Both the position numbers and the translations under genes were made by a program. Below the pieces are notes generated by a model. That model was given only the letters and a program-made list of their open reading frames with translations, made no database searches and was not told the origin of the DNA. Shown here piece by piece: positions 23,955 to 37,205 of a stretch of DNA of 64,000 nt (position 1 is its first letter; each line of letters starts with the position of its first letter). The stretch spans positions 39,308,001-39,372,000 of the forward strand of contig OZ024744.1 in assembly GCA_964016885.1 (NCBI GenBank), given 5' to 3'. The stretch is from Eledone cirrhosa (taxonomy: Eukaryota).

Positions 23955-24799
23955 TTATATATAAACTGCATTAGGAGAAAATTAGTGACGGAAATATATG
24001 TATGTTTATTTAAGCGATCGCTAACCGGAAGTGTTGACATTTGAAAATTTTAAAGAAGTGAATCTTAAAATAAACAACAAAATTATTTATATTTAATCAA
24101 GAATAACGAAATTTAGTAGATAAATTATGTAATATTCATTCATTATTTATTCAAAGTAATCCAACTTATTTTACAAACGGGATAACAAAATATATTCTGG
24201 AGTCCCGCACTCCTTACTTTATTATAGTTTAGATTAGTGTCAGTAACAATATATTGAAAAGCAAGAACAAAAGAATATTATAATGAAAAGATAGTAAAAT
24301 ATTGAAAAGTATTAAAGAGAGTATTAGTTAAAGTCAATATATCAAGAATATCATACAAAGAATGTAAATAATAGCATAGAACATGCATTGAGGTAAGACA
24401 AATGTGTAGTGATAGCATGCATATAGGTGTTATATATTATAAGCATTATATGATGAATTAGTTATAGGCAAAGATGTTTATGCAAGAGGTTTTTAAAAAG
24501 TTAAATAAAGTTTATGTAGAAAATTTGTTAATAAATAATAATAAATAAGGTTTATGTAGACATTTGTATGGAAGAAACTATCGTCAGCAATTAAATGCAT
24601 TAAACAAAAATTTGATTGTTTTCTATGTTGTATAAATTTTTCTCTTATATTATACCATTCACTCATTGAGCCTATAACTTGGGTATTTAAACTTGGCAGA
24701 GTATATATATAGAAATGTGAAGGACCTGCCCAACCCATGCAAGTATGGAAAAACGATGATATATATATTTATATATATATAAATATATCTAAATATATA

Positions 24800-25126
24800 T
24801 ACACGCTCCACATACGACTTATTATCTTCGTTTTTTCGTTCATTGCCAGAGAACGTCTCTATGCACCACCTAAGAGAACATTAGTCTACGACCTCTTTTA
24901 TACCATAAACATGGTTCTGTCTTTGCGCGTAATTGTTTTTCACCGCTCCTATTAATGACGTATTCGTTTTTTCCCGTTCTTTGCCAGCGAACGTTACCAC
25001 GAACCAAAGTACCGTCTTCCTGTCTTCCTCCGGTTGCAACGTTTTTTGAAATATCCAGTTCTGCGTTTACAGATTGACTTTGTTAGTTTCAGAAGATCCC
25101 TAAACTTTAATCTGTTATTTTAATAA

Positions 25127-25130
<4 letters not shown>
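24800..25130 (+). mobile_element. Helitron internal fragment
   Basis: CACGAACCAAAGTA.CGTCTTCCTG...GGTTGCAACGTTTT is the reverse complement of internal sequence at 32950-33005 and 20095-20120. Confidence 0.55.
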
Positions 25131-25177
<47 letters not shown>

Positions 25178-26493
25178 TACATGGCAAAATTTTGCAGGGT
25201 ATTTGTCCTTTCTCCCCTCTTACTATCCAAAAGATACAGATAGACAAACTCATACTTAGTATTGGATTGGTACTTTATATATCAAACCTAAAAACATGAA
25301 AGACAAAGTTGACCATGCCACAGTTTGAGATCAGAAAGTCAGAACAAATACTGGAAAGTATTCTTCCTCGTATTCTGATGACTGCCAACTTTTTGCTTTA
25401 TGTTATATCATATCTCACATATAAAAATTTGAAAAGGTTTGATGCTCTCAGAGAACACAACAGTAGTACATGTATGGGCCATAAAAATTTGAAAATTTCC
25501 ACAGAGAACACATCAATGGTCCACGTTTGGGACATGGCCCACTCGTCAAACTTTGGGCTAGTCACATCTTTGTCATTCTTATTTCAGAATGCATTGGCTT
25601 GTTTGCTAGAAACCTGTAACTAGAAACATGTAAAATAAAGAAATGAATAAAAAATGTCCTAACTGTGACCACATTCTATTTTATTTTTCAGACACTGTGT
25701 ATCTAGAACTACATTATGCAAGATCTTTCCCATTTTGTTTTTAAGTTGGAGAGTGTGATTTTGTGGAAATATTGTTGCTCTCAGACAGTTTGTTTCAATG
25801 TTGTGTGGATATATGTAATGTTATCTTTCATGCACATAGGAAAAAAAAATGAAATAACCTTGGCTGGAATGTCTATTGGTTATAAGTCTTCTCAATCAGG
25901 GTTGGCTTGATAACAGCAATTACCAATTTGGGGGCCTCTAAGCAGTCACTTAAACGGTTAGAAATAACAACCAAATCTCCTTTACATCTTATTTTTTTTA
26001 AAATAGTTCTAATTATACGGTATGGTCGGGTCACTGAGTTGAAAAACTTTGCTCAATTGAGATCATCTAAGCAATTAGTAGACAAAAACATCCTCTAGAG
26101 ATATTTCAAATATAAAAAATATCAAGTAAAATCTAAATTTCATATGTGACAAAAACTTTGAAAAATTTCAATCATCTGAGATTATCCAAGCAATTAGTAA
26201 AACGCAACTCCCTTTGTGACTGTTGAACATCTAAAAAACAACAACAGCCTAGGAAGATTGGAAAAAATGGAATGGTCACATCTGTCTTTGATCATAGGTC
26301 TGCTGGATAAGTGCCATCACTTCTATCAACAACATATTTGAGCAATTGAAGGAATCTGTAACTGAGATAGCTTTCAACTGTTAAAAATGTTAAAAGGAAA
26401 GATTTATTGCTTAAAACAAAACTTACACACATGCACATAGGTATTCTTGCATGAACATATATATACACATACACACTTTTACACAATGTTTAA

Positions 26494-26714
26494 CCCTTTA
26501 GCATTTACATTACTCTATATATACTATTATATTTTCATGGTAAAGGCTTTACCTTGCATAATTATCTAACATACTATCAGACCTATGAGATTTTGAAAGT
26601 ATTTATTTTGAGAACAATACCTTAACATCAGTTTGAGTGACCAGTTACAGCCAGTTTCAACAGAAAGAGGTGAGAGAATTCTGGCCGGTTTTGGCCGGTT
26701 TGAACATTAAAGGG
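26494..26714. mobile_element. piggyBac-like MITE
   Basis: TTAA|CCCTTTA...TAAAGGG|TTAA; a related partial copy lies at about 45290-45420. Confidence 0.8.
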
Positions 26715-26857
26715 TTAAATACTTTCTTGGTATTCAAGACTTTTGTATGCCCTTTATAAAAATTTGTTCCTTTCTTCTTTCATCTACCCCCCCCCTTTTT
26801 TTTAAAATAAATGTTTCATTCCTTTTCTCATCTACTTTTCTTCTCTCTTTTTTCAAG

Positions 26858-27403
26858 GTTTTAACCAATAATCTCGGAAATGCGCTAGGATTTCTCAAGT
26901 CAGAAGAAAAGTTAGATAAATGTGGTTCCACGGAGTTAAATTTCGAAGAATATCTGAAACTGCTGAAATCAGAACTTTTTACTGATATACATTTAAGTTT
27001 TACACCACAAGCTGAGTCTACCAAAGAAATATGCTGGATACTTTGCAAGAATAAAGTCTGGGAATTTCCTGAACAACCAAAACTGAAATCATCTGATGCT
27101 TTCACACTCTGGAAGCTGTTTAATTTTCTAAGTGAGAGAGATAGAAATGGGCAATACATGTTACCTTTATCAGTGGACAGGGCAGAGATTGAACTCTTGT
27201 TTGAACGGTTTGGTTGTATCACTGGTCAACAACCAGACCAAAAATCTATGGAAGGTGCACTAAATAAAAACATTGAAAGATTTCCTTTTCCTAAATTGCT
27301 CAGCCTTTTTCAGAACCAATACCTTAACAGGCTTGTAGATGATGAAATATCAATAGGATTAAATGAAATTTATGACGAGCTTATTAAGGATGTTATGAAA
27401 AAG
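26858..27403 (+). CDS. SWAP70: internal coding exon (182 codons, phase 0-0) of a SWAP70/DEF6-family gene: EF-hand-like N-terminal region up to the PH-domain boundary
   Basis: Polypyrimidine tract with AG acceptor and AAG|GTATGT donor. VLTNNLGNAL..CWILCKNK..DAFTLWKLFNFLSE..EIELL..GLNEIYDELIKDVMKK parallels recalled SWAP70 VLSHNL..CWTLCVKK..DAFKIWVIFNFLSE..EIEYLL..AINEVFNELILDVLKQ. Confidence 0.88.
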
Positions 27404-27415
27404 GTATGTATGTGT

Positions 27416-27481
27416 ATCATCATCATCATCATCATCATCGTTTAACGTCCATCTTCCACGCTTGCATGGGTTTGGACGGGA
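27416..27481 (-). mobile_element. very short RTE 3'-tail fragment about 12 bp downstream of the splice donor
   Basis: (CAT)n followed by TTTAACGTCC..TTCCACGCTTGCATGGGTTTGGACGGG, matching the family A tail. Confidence 0.8.
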
Positions 27482-27610
27482 GTGTATATATGTGTATATT
27501 TATTTATATAATTGCTTGGCATGTAATGTTCAATGCTATTATGTGGATAGACTACTGAAGTATGACTCATCCCCGTGTGGTATCTTTGGTATCTGTAACA
27601 AACAAAGTTT

Positions 27611-27802
27611 AATAATTGTTTCTACATTTGGCACAAGGCCAGCAATTACCCAGTGCATTACTGGTACTTTATTTTATCGACTCTGTAAGGATGAAAGGCA
27701 AAGTTAACCTCAACGGGATTTGAACTCAGACCGTAAAGGGACGTAACTATGCTGGAAAGCATGGCGTCAGACCCTCTACCGATACTGCCAATCCACCACC
27801 CT
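27611..27802 (-). mobile_element. MetaSINE-like SINE
   Basis: Full head, core and tail of the 12199 family. Confidence 0.85.
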
Positions 27803-27983
27803 AACAAAGTTTCATAATAACAACAATAATAATAAGTAGGTGGGAACAAAGTATCAATTTATCATCTTGTACAGAGTCAGGTATGATCATGACCGATCGT
27901 ACCTTGAGCTGATTGGTGGCAAAACACATCAATAAAATATGCTAAACTCATACTTTGTTTCAACCTACATATTCTATATATAT

Positions 27984-28097
27984 ATATGAAAAATTTGAGA
28001 ACCTGACGGCTGAGCTTCTCCAATTTTAACAGCTAGATTCAGATCTGGCTATTGAAACGGCAAGAGCTCAGTCGTCGGGGTCCCAAATTTTTCATAT
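27984..28097. repeat. ~115-bp imperfect palindrome
   Basis: ATATGAAAAATTTGAGAACCTGACGGCTGAGC / GCTCAGTCGTCGGGGTCCCAAATTTTTCATAT. Confidence 0.75.
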
Positions 28098-28184
28098 TAC
28101 CTACTCTACTACCCCAGTACCAAGTACACTGGTGAGTAATGGTCTAACTGGTTTTTACTGCCTCCATTCTGATATATATATAAA

Positions 28185-28400
28185 TGTAAACAGAAATAAC
28201 AACATAATTGGTACAGTATATGGAAGGTATATATTAGGTTAACGCTTGAAATAGCAGGAAGAGGGTCTTAACATTTCAGACGCTAGTCCTTCATCAGAAG
28301 AAAGAATGAGAAATGAGATAGATTGAAGGGACAGGCGGGTTGGAATTGGAAAAATGTCTTTAGATAAAAATAACAGGTCGATTCATGTTGACATCTCTAA
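28185..28400 (-). mobile_element. solo PLE pLTR-like repeat with hammerhead-like motif (28266-28301); second copy at about 34584-34790
   Basis: - strand TCTT-CTGATGA-a-GGAC-tagc-GTCT-GAAA-TG-TT-AAGA; homologous to 34584-34790. Confidence 0.65.
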
Positions 28401-30449
28401 ATAAAAGGCATAAGATAATCCAGCATCCAGCATGGTGTTTATTAACAAGGTTGTTGATGAGTTGCTCCAGGTCACTCTCATTGAGCAAGACCTTAAAAAA
28501 AAAATAACATTCCAGTTATGACCTTCCTAAATATTCTTAAGATGTTTGCAGTTTTGTGTTTTTGGGGTGGTGGTGAGGGTTGGGACTGAAAAATTGTGTT
28601 TGTATAATACATCTGTTTTTGCTTTAATGTGGAGTTTGGTATGTTATTTCTAGTGCTACTTGAATGTTTCATTGGTTTGTTGTACAGATTATGTATAATG
28701 TGAGTTGTGTTATTTTGTTGGGTGGTGCAGGGTTTGTAGTTGCTGTTATGTGTTTTTGTTCAGATGGTGATTGCAAAGAACATGTATTATGTGGATTGCG
28801 TTATATTAACGGGGAGCAATTATGAAGAATATGAATTGTGTGTGTTGGTGGTATTACAATATTGGGTGTTTATTGTGCAGGAATATACACTGTGTTATTT
28901 TATTAGATGGTGGTTTTTTTAAAGTATGTCATGTATAAGTCGGCAATGTGTTTTAGTTTAGGGGAGTAATTACGTAGAATATATGCTGTGTTATAATATA
29001 ATTAGCTTTCTCATAAATAAACTGGTGATTAGAACATAACAAATGTGTTTTACATAAACTTATTATGGAAAGGTTTTTAGATAAATACAAACATTTTAAA
29101 ATAAACAGTTTCATATTGTAGAATCAGGAGTGGTTTCTGGTGGTCTGGTATCAAGAAGTTTAATGATTTAATTGTGTGTAGTATGCACTATTTAGAGGTG
29201 TGTAATTTTGTTGAAGTTCTGTTTGTATGAAGTGTTTTGGTGTTAGCAGGAGATTATGTCAATCTATGAACCTTTAATTATTGAGGGAGGTGTAGGGGCA
29301 CCATTGTATTATAAAAACTTGACTGAACCAATCCCTCTCCAGGCCTGAATACCTGAACGTAGCTGATTTCTTCTTGAGAGAGGGGGGGGGGGGAGAAGGA
29401 GAGAACAAGAAAATAAAAAAGAAATATTGAGGAAAAAAAATCAACTACAGTATTTGACTGGTACTTTATTTATTGACCTTGAAAGTATGAAAGGCAAAGT
29501 TGTCTTCAGTAGGATTTGATCTCAGAATGATGAAGGACAGTGTTCAAATGAATACTGCAAAGCATTCTAACCAATGCTTTTATGATTCTGCCATTTAGCT
29601 GCCTTGTGTAATGTATATATGTTTTATCACTGGGTGGGAATTGTGTAAAGTGTGAATAGCTGGGTGTTGAGTGTATATGTTGTGTTACGGTGTTATATAG
29701 AGTTGTTTAACTTTGATCAAATAGACCTATGATTAAAAGGGATTCCAGTGATGACCATCCCATCTTTATTTTATGTCATTTTTTTTAAACTAGTGTTTCT
29801 AGAATCACATTATCCAATCTGTTGTTTCCATCCTTTTTTTAAAACAGCACAGTGATTTAAGGGATATTTTACTGCTATTTCTAGTAGATTAAGAGACCTT
29901 GTAGAGCCTCCTTTGACTCAGTATCATAATCATCATCATTTATGCCCAGTTTTCCATGTTTGCATGGGTTGGATGGGTCCTTTCCAGCACAGCCTTCATC
30001 CACTCATAGTGTTCATATATCATCTCTCTGTGAGGTTCAGTATTTGAAATCAGTTCTAACTCTGCCCAGGTTTTTCTTGGTCTTCTACTACAGCTTCCTT
30101 CCACTAGCTTTACAATGTATTATAGTGTTGCGTGACAATTTTGTAGAATGTGTGTTGTGCATGTTGCGTGTGTTGTTTGCGATATGTATGATGTATTAAA
30201 TCATCAACTGTCTATTATATAAGAATATGTATTGCTTTATTATTATTATCTTGGGCGTGTGCAGTATTTTGTCCCTGTGTTGTTTCTATTGTATAAAAAG
30301 TACTGTTTATATCGTGTGAAGTACCAAGTAGAGCTATTTTCAATATGTGGTGTTTATGTGTAAAACCTGAAATTCTCTATGTAACAGCCATGCAATACAT
30401 AAGTTTTGTCAAGTAGTCTTTACCAATATCCACTGAACATTAGAAGTAC

Positions 30450-30670
30450 AAGCCTTTACGTGGTTGTTTGACTTGTTAGAAATAGCAACCAAATCTCCCT
30501 CAAATTATGCTCTACCATCTTTTTTAAAAAAAGAGAGGTCATATAGAATAATCTTATCTTCGAATCCTCAATATGTTATTTCTGAAAACAAGAGAGGATG
30601 GTCACAGCTGAAAAGCCTTTGCTCATAGGTCTGCTGGATCAGTGCTTGTTGATCTGGAACTAAACCACGA
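30450..30670 (+). repeat. unclassified dispersed repeat (degenerate copies near 25690-25990, 26200-26330, 29710-29920, 54010-54310)
   Basis: Shared motifs GAAATAGCAACCAAATCTCC and GATGGTCACAGCTG..CATAGGTCTG. Confidence 0.55.
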
Positions 30671-30734
30671 CACTGCAGGCAGTGAGATACACACATACAC
30701 AAAAATATACTCAGATATGCATTCATGCTAGTGC

Positions 30735-30988
30735 ATAGATACATATATAGACATACACACATACATACATAGACATACATACATAGACATGCATACATAG
30801 ACATACACACACACATACATAGACATACATACATAGACATACACACATACATACATAGACATACATACATAGACACACACACACATACAGACACACACAC
30901 ACATACATACACACAGACACACACACACACACACACACAGACGCATACACACACAGGCACATACACCCACACACCACACACACACACC
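30735..30988. repeat. (CATA)n/(CA)n compound microsatellite
   Basis: Direct observation. Confidence 0.95.
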
Positions 30989-31187
30989 ATGGTTTTGGAA
31001 ATGTTTATTGCTATTATTTGATCAACTGAAATACCAACTCATTGAATTATATTATAATTGGTTGAGTACTTGACAGACACATGTACCCTTAAAGTGATCT
31101 TAAGGCAGAATCAATATGACACTGTGTGTGATAAGGGTGACCCTTGAATGTTAAATTTATATATTTATTTATTTATTATAGAAGTGT

Positions 31188-31782
31188 AACAGCAATGTTA
31201 CATGGCAGTGAGACATGGGCATTGTGTGCAGAGGATCTGCGCAGACTGGAAAGGAACGAAGCATGCATGCTCCGTTGGATGTGTAATAGTAATATACATG
31301 AAAGGCAAAACATAAACGAACTAAGTGAGAAATTAGGACTAAGAGGGATCAGATACTGTTTACTTGAGAGAAGATTATGTTGGTATGGTCACGTGATGCG
31401 CATGAAAGATGACAGCTATATAAACAAGTGCAGGGCGATCAAAATTGATGGAAGCTATGGAGTAGGTAGACCCAGATAAAAACCTGATAAAATCTGACCT
31501 TACACACTTGCACCTCTCTAAAACAATGTCACTGGATCGAGACCTTTGGTGTAGGTGTCATGACAAAAAATCACCCAGTCGACGCTATAAAGTGGTTGTA
31601 TAGGAGACACGGTAAAAAGGCTCCCAGTCCACACTGTAAATGCGGTTGGTGTTAGGAAACCTGCCAGATATAATCCTATATGAGCGAGACAGTCACCCGA
31701 TCAATCTTGCCTCAAGTGGGACAATTCCTGTCTAACCTATGTTAGCGTGGAAGATAGAAGTTAAATGATGATGATGATGATT
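31188..31782 (+). mobile_element. RTE family A 3' fragment
   Basis: [16 protein letters not shown]...GRPR; UTR and (ATG)n tail. Confidence 0.9.
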
Positions 31783-32070
31783 TACAATTCATCAATCTTT
31801 GCATATTTAGAAAAAAAAACGAAAAAGCAAGAGAAAAATAAGAATAATGAGAATAAGGGAAAGGGGGGGGGGAGAGCAACAGACTTGACACCCCAGTCTA
31901 AGAAGTATATGGACACTGGAGAAAATGGCAAAAGCATTGCCATGAAGACCAGCTAGCAGCACCCATTGCATCAGCTGCTCCATTTTACGGGGCTCATTCC
32001 TCAGGCGGGATACGTGAAATATATTTTTATAATAAATATCCTATTTAGTGTATGTGTGCATGTGATTGTG

Positions 32071-32135
<65 letters not shown>

Positions 32136-32762
32136 TAGATGGCGCCACATATATATATATACTAGATGGCGCCCGGCTATGTATACTGGCATTTTATCTT
32201 TTCAGGAATCTCCCCACCACTCCAGTGCAAAGATACCGCACACCCTCTCAAGTCAGTGAGGGAGGGGGGGGGGGGGTTAACGTGCTCTGATGTTGGGTTT
32301 GAATAGTTTTTAGGATTCTCCAGTTCAGCAGCCAGTACATTAAAGAAAATTGATAGTTACAACAATAAAGGCTGAACAGAGAACAAATTTTTTAACAAAC
32401 AATAATTTGTACAACTCTAATGGAAATTCCAAGCAACAGAAAATATTTAAATTACATTGTTAGAGCCTCAGAGTATACAATATTTTTTGTTCGGCCCTCA
32501 GGAGCAATGATGAAGAGATTGTTTGGTGAGCTCACTCTAGAGCATCCTACATACAATTGACCATGGGAGAAGCATGGTTTTCTCAAATGAAGGCCAGCCA
32601 CTTTTAGGGTTTAACCCTGAGCTTTGTTGATGGTAATCACGAAGCTTAGTTTCTCTGTTGCTCTAGTAACATTTTTTCTAATGGAAAATCTGATCTTGCG
32701 GCCAGGCTGGGACTTTTTGGGTGGCATATCGGCAGTAACAATGACGATAAGCCGTCTGTGCT

Positions 32763-33430
32763 TTCGTGAAATAAATACGTTTGTTCATATTTATATTTTG
32801 TTTTTGTGTATGCAAAAATATCTGTACACGAATATATAATTATATATATTTTAAAATAACAGATTAAAGTTTAAGCAAAGAATCGCTGCTTTCACTCTTA
32901 ACGGGATCTTCTGAAACTAAAAAAATCAATCTGTGAATGCAGAAGTAAATATTTCGAAAAACGTTGCAACCGAACGAAAACAGGAAGACGATACTTTGGT
33001 TCGTGAAGACAGACAGATATTATAAGCGTGCAACGTTATAGCTATGTATCTATCTAAAAAGACAGACTAAGAAAAAGAGAGGAATGTTGTGCGACGTCAT
33101 AGCTATGTATCTAATGCAAACGGCCAGACATAAAGAGACATATTATAATAGCGCGACGTTATAGCTATATATCTATCTAAAAGGACAGACTAAAAAAGAG
33201 AAGGGAATGTTGTATAACAGGAAGTGTTGACATTTGAAAATTTTAAAGAAGTGAATATTTAAATAAACGATAAAATATCTTTAATCTTTTAACGAAATTT
33301 AGAAGACAAAAATACTCTCACTTTCTTACTTGGAAAAAGTTACATCTATGGTGCAAATTTGGTGCTGTTTGGTCCAGGTGTTTGGCCAAAAGTTTGTTAC
33401 ATACATACAGCCGTCAGCTTTATAATATAT
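32763..33430 (-). mobile_element. Helitron-derived fragment
   Basis: Colinear with 19745-20270 (CGTGAAATAAATACG...GAAGACGATACTTTGGTTCGTG...CTATGTATCTATCTAAAAAG). Confidence 0.7.
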
Positions 33431-33570
33431 ATATATCACGATAAATTAATGGATCCATAGACTCACGCCATTCCCTGTAAATAATGTGCTCAAAGGAGAG
33501 GAAATCCTGAGCTCTTTAAAATACAATATGTTGAAACGGTAACACACTAGAGAGAGATACAGTGCGCTAT

Positions 33571-33620
<50 letters not shown>

Positions 33621-33624
<4 letters not shown>

Positions 33625-34520
33625 GTACAGTAGCTAGAGTCAGAACTGGATGGAAAAAGTTCAGAGAGCTTATACCACTATTAGCCGCTAAAGGGTTCTC
33701 CCTAAAAATGAAAGGCAGGCTGTATGATGCCTGCATACGAACAGCAATGCTGCATGGCAGTGAGACCTGGGCATTGTGTGCAGAGGATATATGCAGACTG
33801 GAGAGGAACGAAGCTTGCATGCTGCGCTGGATGTGTAATAGTAATATATGTGAATGGCAAAGCATAAACGAACTAAGGGAAAAATTAGAAATAAGAGGGA
33901 TCAGATGTTGTTTACTCGAGAGAAGGCTACGTTGGTATGGTCACGTGATGCGCATGAAAGACGACAGCTGTATAACAAAGTGCAGGGCAATAAAGATAGG
34001 CGGTAGCCACGGAGTAGGCAGACCCAGAAAAACCTGGGACGACCTGATAAATTCTGACCTCACACACTTACACCTCTCCAAGACAATGTCACTGGACCAA
34101 GATCTTTGGCGCTACGTAGTAATACAGAAGACCCGCCTTGCCTAAGTACAAAGTGAAACCTACTACAGTCAGTAGGCACCTCTAACAAAATACACCCCCG
34201 TCACACTACATCCACACCACCCCTTTCAATGTAAAGTTATGTAGGTGTCACAACATCCAGCCCGAAACAAATGAGGTCGTGTAGGTGACACGACAAAAAA
34301 AAACACAGTCCACGCTGTAATGTGGCCGTGTAGGTTACACGGTAAAAACCTCCCAGTACACACTGCAAACGTGGTTGGTGTTAGGAAGGGCATCCAGCCG
34401 TAGAAAACCCGCCAGACAGTCCTATACAAGCAAGACAACCACTCTTGCCTCAAGTGGGAAAACTCCCGTCCAAACCCATGCTAGCGTGGAATATGGACGT
34501 TACACGATGATGAGGATGAT
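33621..34520 (+). mobile_element. RTE family A, 5'-truncated
   Basis: [16 protein letters not shown]...GRPRKTW plus UTR and tail; begins directly after a long (TA)n run. Confidence 0.93.
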
Positions 34521-34583
34521 GTATGTGTATATATATTTGTATATATATTTATATGTGTGTGTGTGTGTGTGTATATGTAAAAG

Positions 34584-34790
34584 GTAAACAGAAATAACAA
34601 CACAATCGGTACAGTATATTGAAGGAATATATTAGTTTAATGCTTGAAATCGCAGGAAGAGGGTCTTAACGTTTTGGATGCTATTCCTTCATCAGAAAAA
34701 GAATGAGAAATTAGAAAGTTTGAGGGGACAGGCATGACGTAATCAGAATAGTTTTTTAGACCAAAAATAGGTCCATTCATGTTGCAATAT
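34584..34790 (-). mobile_element. second copy of the pLTR-like repeat, with degenerate hammerhead (34664-34699)
   Basis: CTGATGA-a-GGA-atagca-TCC-aAAA-CG-TT-AAGA; homologous to 28185-28400. Confidence 0.6.
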
Positions 34791-34837
34791 CTTTGTATAT
34801 ATAATAAACATGTTGTACAGAAGACTTCCCTTGCATA

Positions 34838-35161
34838 AAAACCTACAGTCAGTAGGCACCTCTTAACCCAATATACACCCCACACACCCTACCCCATCCT
34901 CCCATTTCTGTCCATTTTGTCAGTGACCTAACAAAAAGGACCCAGTCCACACTGTGAAGTGATCATGTAGGAGACACGGTAAAAAGGCTCCCAGTCCATA
35001 CTGTAAATATGGTTGGTGTTAGAAAGAGCATCCAGCCATAGAAAACCTGCCAGAGACACTCTGTACGAGCAAGACGCGGTCTCCCGACCAATCTCGCATC
35101 AAATGGAACAAAACCATCTAAGCCATGCTAGTGTGGAAGATGGACGTTAAACGATGATGAT
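34838..35161 (+). mobile_element. RTE family A 3'UTR-only fragment
   Basis: AAAACCTACAGTCAGTAGGCACC...GGACGTTAAACGATGATG. Confidence 0.8.
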
Positions 35162-36179
35162 GTATTATATAATAAACATTTTCTTTACAGTGTATATAAT
35201 ATATATTCATACGTTAGTTTATTGAAATGGACTGTACCTGTAATCCAAAGGTACACATGTTTGTCGTTATACTCAACCACATACACATTAAATTCATGCA
35301 TTGGGCAACTAATTGATAAAACACTGGACTTCTCATTGTCCAAACTGTTCATTGATCCCTTATCATGTCTATTAAACAGCCAGACATAAGACTATATGTA
35401 TATTATACAGCCATACATATGACACGTACAAAAATTACCATGTGTGACACATATATTCCAGTCGTTATGTTATGTCAACATGACTATTAGTAGGAAATGA
35501 TTATCTAATGATGGTGTCAACTCTAAAATAAAAGTGGTATTTGTTGGGTATGAGTATTTATTTATATATATATATTTATTTATTTATCTATGTGTTTGCT
35601 TGGATTGTATGTGTTAGATTTGGGAAATTTAATTCTGAAGAATGTCAAAAGAAGGTCAATGAAAATATACATCCGTTGACAATTAATGATCTGTGTGAAA
35701 TTAAAGAAGGAAGATAAAAACTGTGTATTTTGAAAATTTATAAATAACTATATAAAATATACCATGCTCTCTTTAAGGTGGTTGGTGTTTTCTAGAGTAA
35801 CTAGCTTTAGAAATCAAATAAAAGAGTTGAGAAGATTCATAAGTTGTGCTAGGGCATGGCAACCTCCCTTGTGCTGGTGCCATGATAAAATGCACCCAAT
35901 TCACTCTGTAATGTATTTGGTGATAAGCATGGATTCCACCAATAGAAACAATGCTAAGACCAGAACATGTGTAAGTGAGATGCAGCTCCTGGTCCATCCA
36001 GAAAGACAGTGGCTTCAATTCAGTAACCCAACCCATACCACCATGGAAAAATGGATGTTAAATGATATGATGTGTGTGTATTTTTCCTCTCAGATGGAGA
36101 TGATTTTATCTCATAGATGTTGTTCCTCTCTCATGGTTGAGAGAAATGGTGATATTATATACTAGAGAACTATCTAACC

Positions 36180-36456
36180 CAGAGGTTCTCAAAGTGGACA
36201 CCCTGGCCGAGGGCGTGGTGGGGGGCGGGTAGGGATAATATAATATATTAAATATTATTATATATAAATATAGTAAAATAAAAAAATATATATTTATTTA
36301 TACATAGTATGTATTATTATTTATTATATATGAATTAATGATTTTATTTATTATGTATTTGCATGTAGGTAGGTCTCTCTGGAAATAGGGGTGGGGGCGC
36401 TGAGGGAATTATGTGGCCGTGAGTGGGGCGGTGGTCCAAAAAGTTTGAGAACCTTT
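36180..36456. mobile_element. hAT (Charlie-like) MITE
   Basis: CAGAGGTTCTCAAA...TTTGAGAACCTTT with 8-bp TSD ATCTAACC. Confidence 0.8.
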
Positions 36457-36835
36457 ATCTAACCCATACCAGTATGGATTAATTCTACTCATCATCATCA
36501 TCATCATTGTCGTTTTATGTCTTCTTTCCATACTGGTATGGGTTGGACAGGTTGGAGCTGCTCATCTTCCTCATCATAAATACTCATGTATAGATGACAC
36601 TTTTTTCTACAATAATATGTTGTGAAGGACCAATATGTGGCTTATTTTCTGATCTTAAAAAAAAAACTTAATTCAACATATATGGTACATTGTAAATGTA
36701 TATATAATTGTTTCTACTTTTGGCACAATGGAGGTTTACTTATATACGTATAGACAGTCTATGTAAATATATATATATGTGTGTATATGTGTATGTGTAT
36801 GTGAGCATGCATATGTATGTGTGTATATATATATA

Positions 36836-37205
36836 TCATCATCATTATACATCTGCTTTTCCATGCTTGCAAGGGTGGACGGGTCCTCTTCAGCACTGCA
36901 TCTCTCCATTTGTCATGGTCCTTTATCATGGTCCTTCGTCATCTCCTCTGTGAGCTTCACTGATCCGAGGTCAGCTCTCATCACCTCCGCCCATCTTTTC
37001 CATGATTTTCCTCTACTGAATCTTCCTTCCACTGGATTACTTGGCACTTCTTCACCTATGAGCACCACATGGCCATACCAATGTAGTCTTCTCTTTTGCA
37101 CACTACAGTTTATTCCTCTTATACACAGTTTCTCTCTCAACTCATCCATGCTTGGTCGCTCATACACATTGACATTGCACACCCATTGGAGCATGCTTGC
37201 TTCAT
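36836..37205 (-). mobile_element. RTE 3' fragment, related to 3733-4510
   Basis: EASMLQWVCNV..RRLHWYGHV..WAEVMRADL; (ATG)n tail. Confidence 0.8.

Noticed and set aside
26747-26857. N-terminal extension of the 232-aa ORF
   Set aside because: It is the polypyrimidine tract before the acceptor; the C-terminal VCMCIIII part is likewise intronic microsatellite.
28540-30360. G/T-skewed region and its short ORFs
   Set aside because: Low-complexity strand bias with no periodicity, motifs or coding signal.
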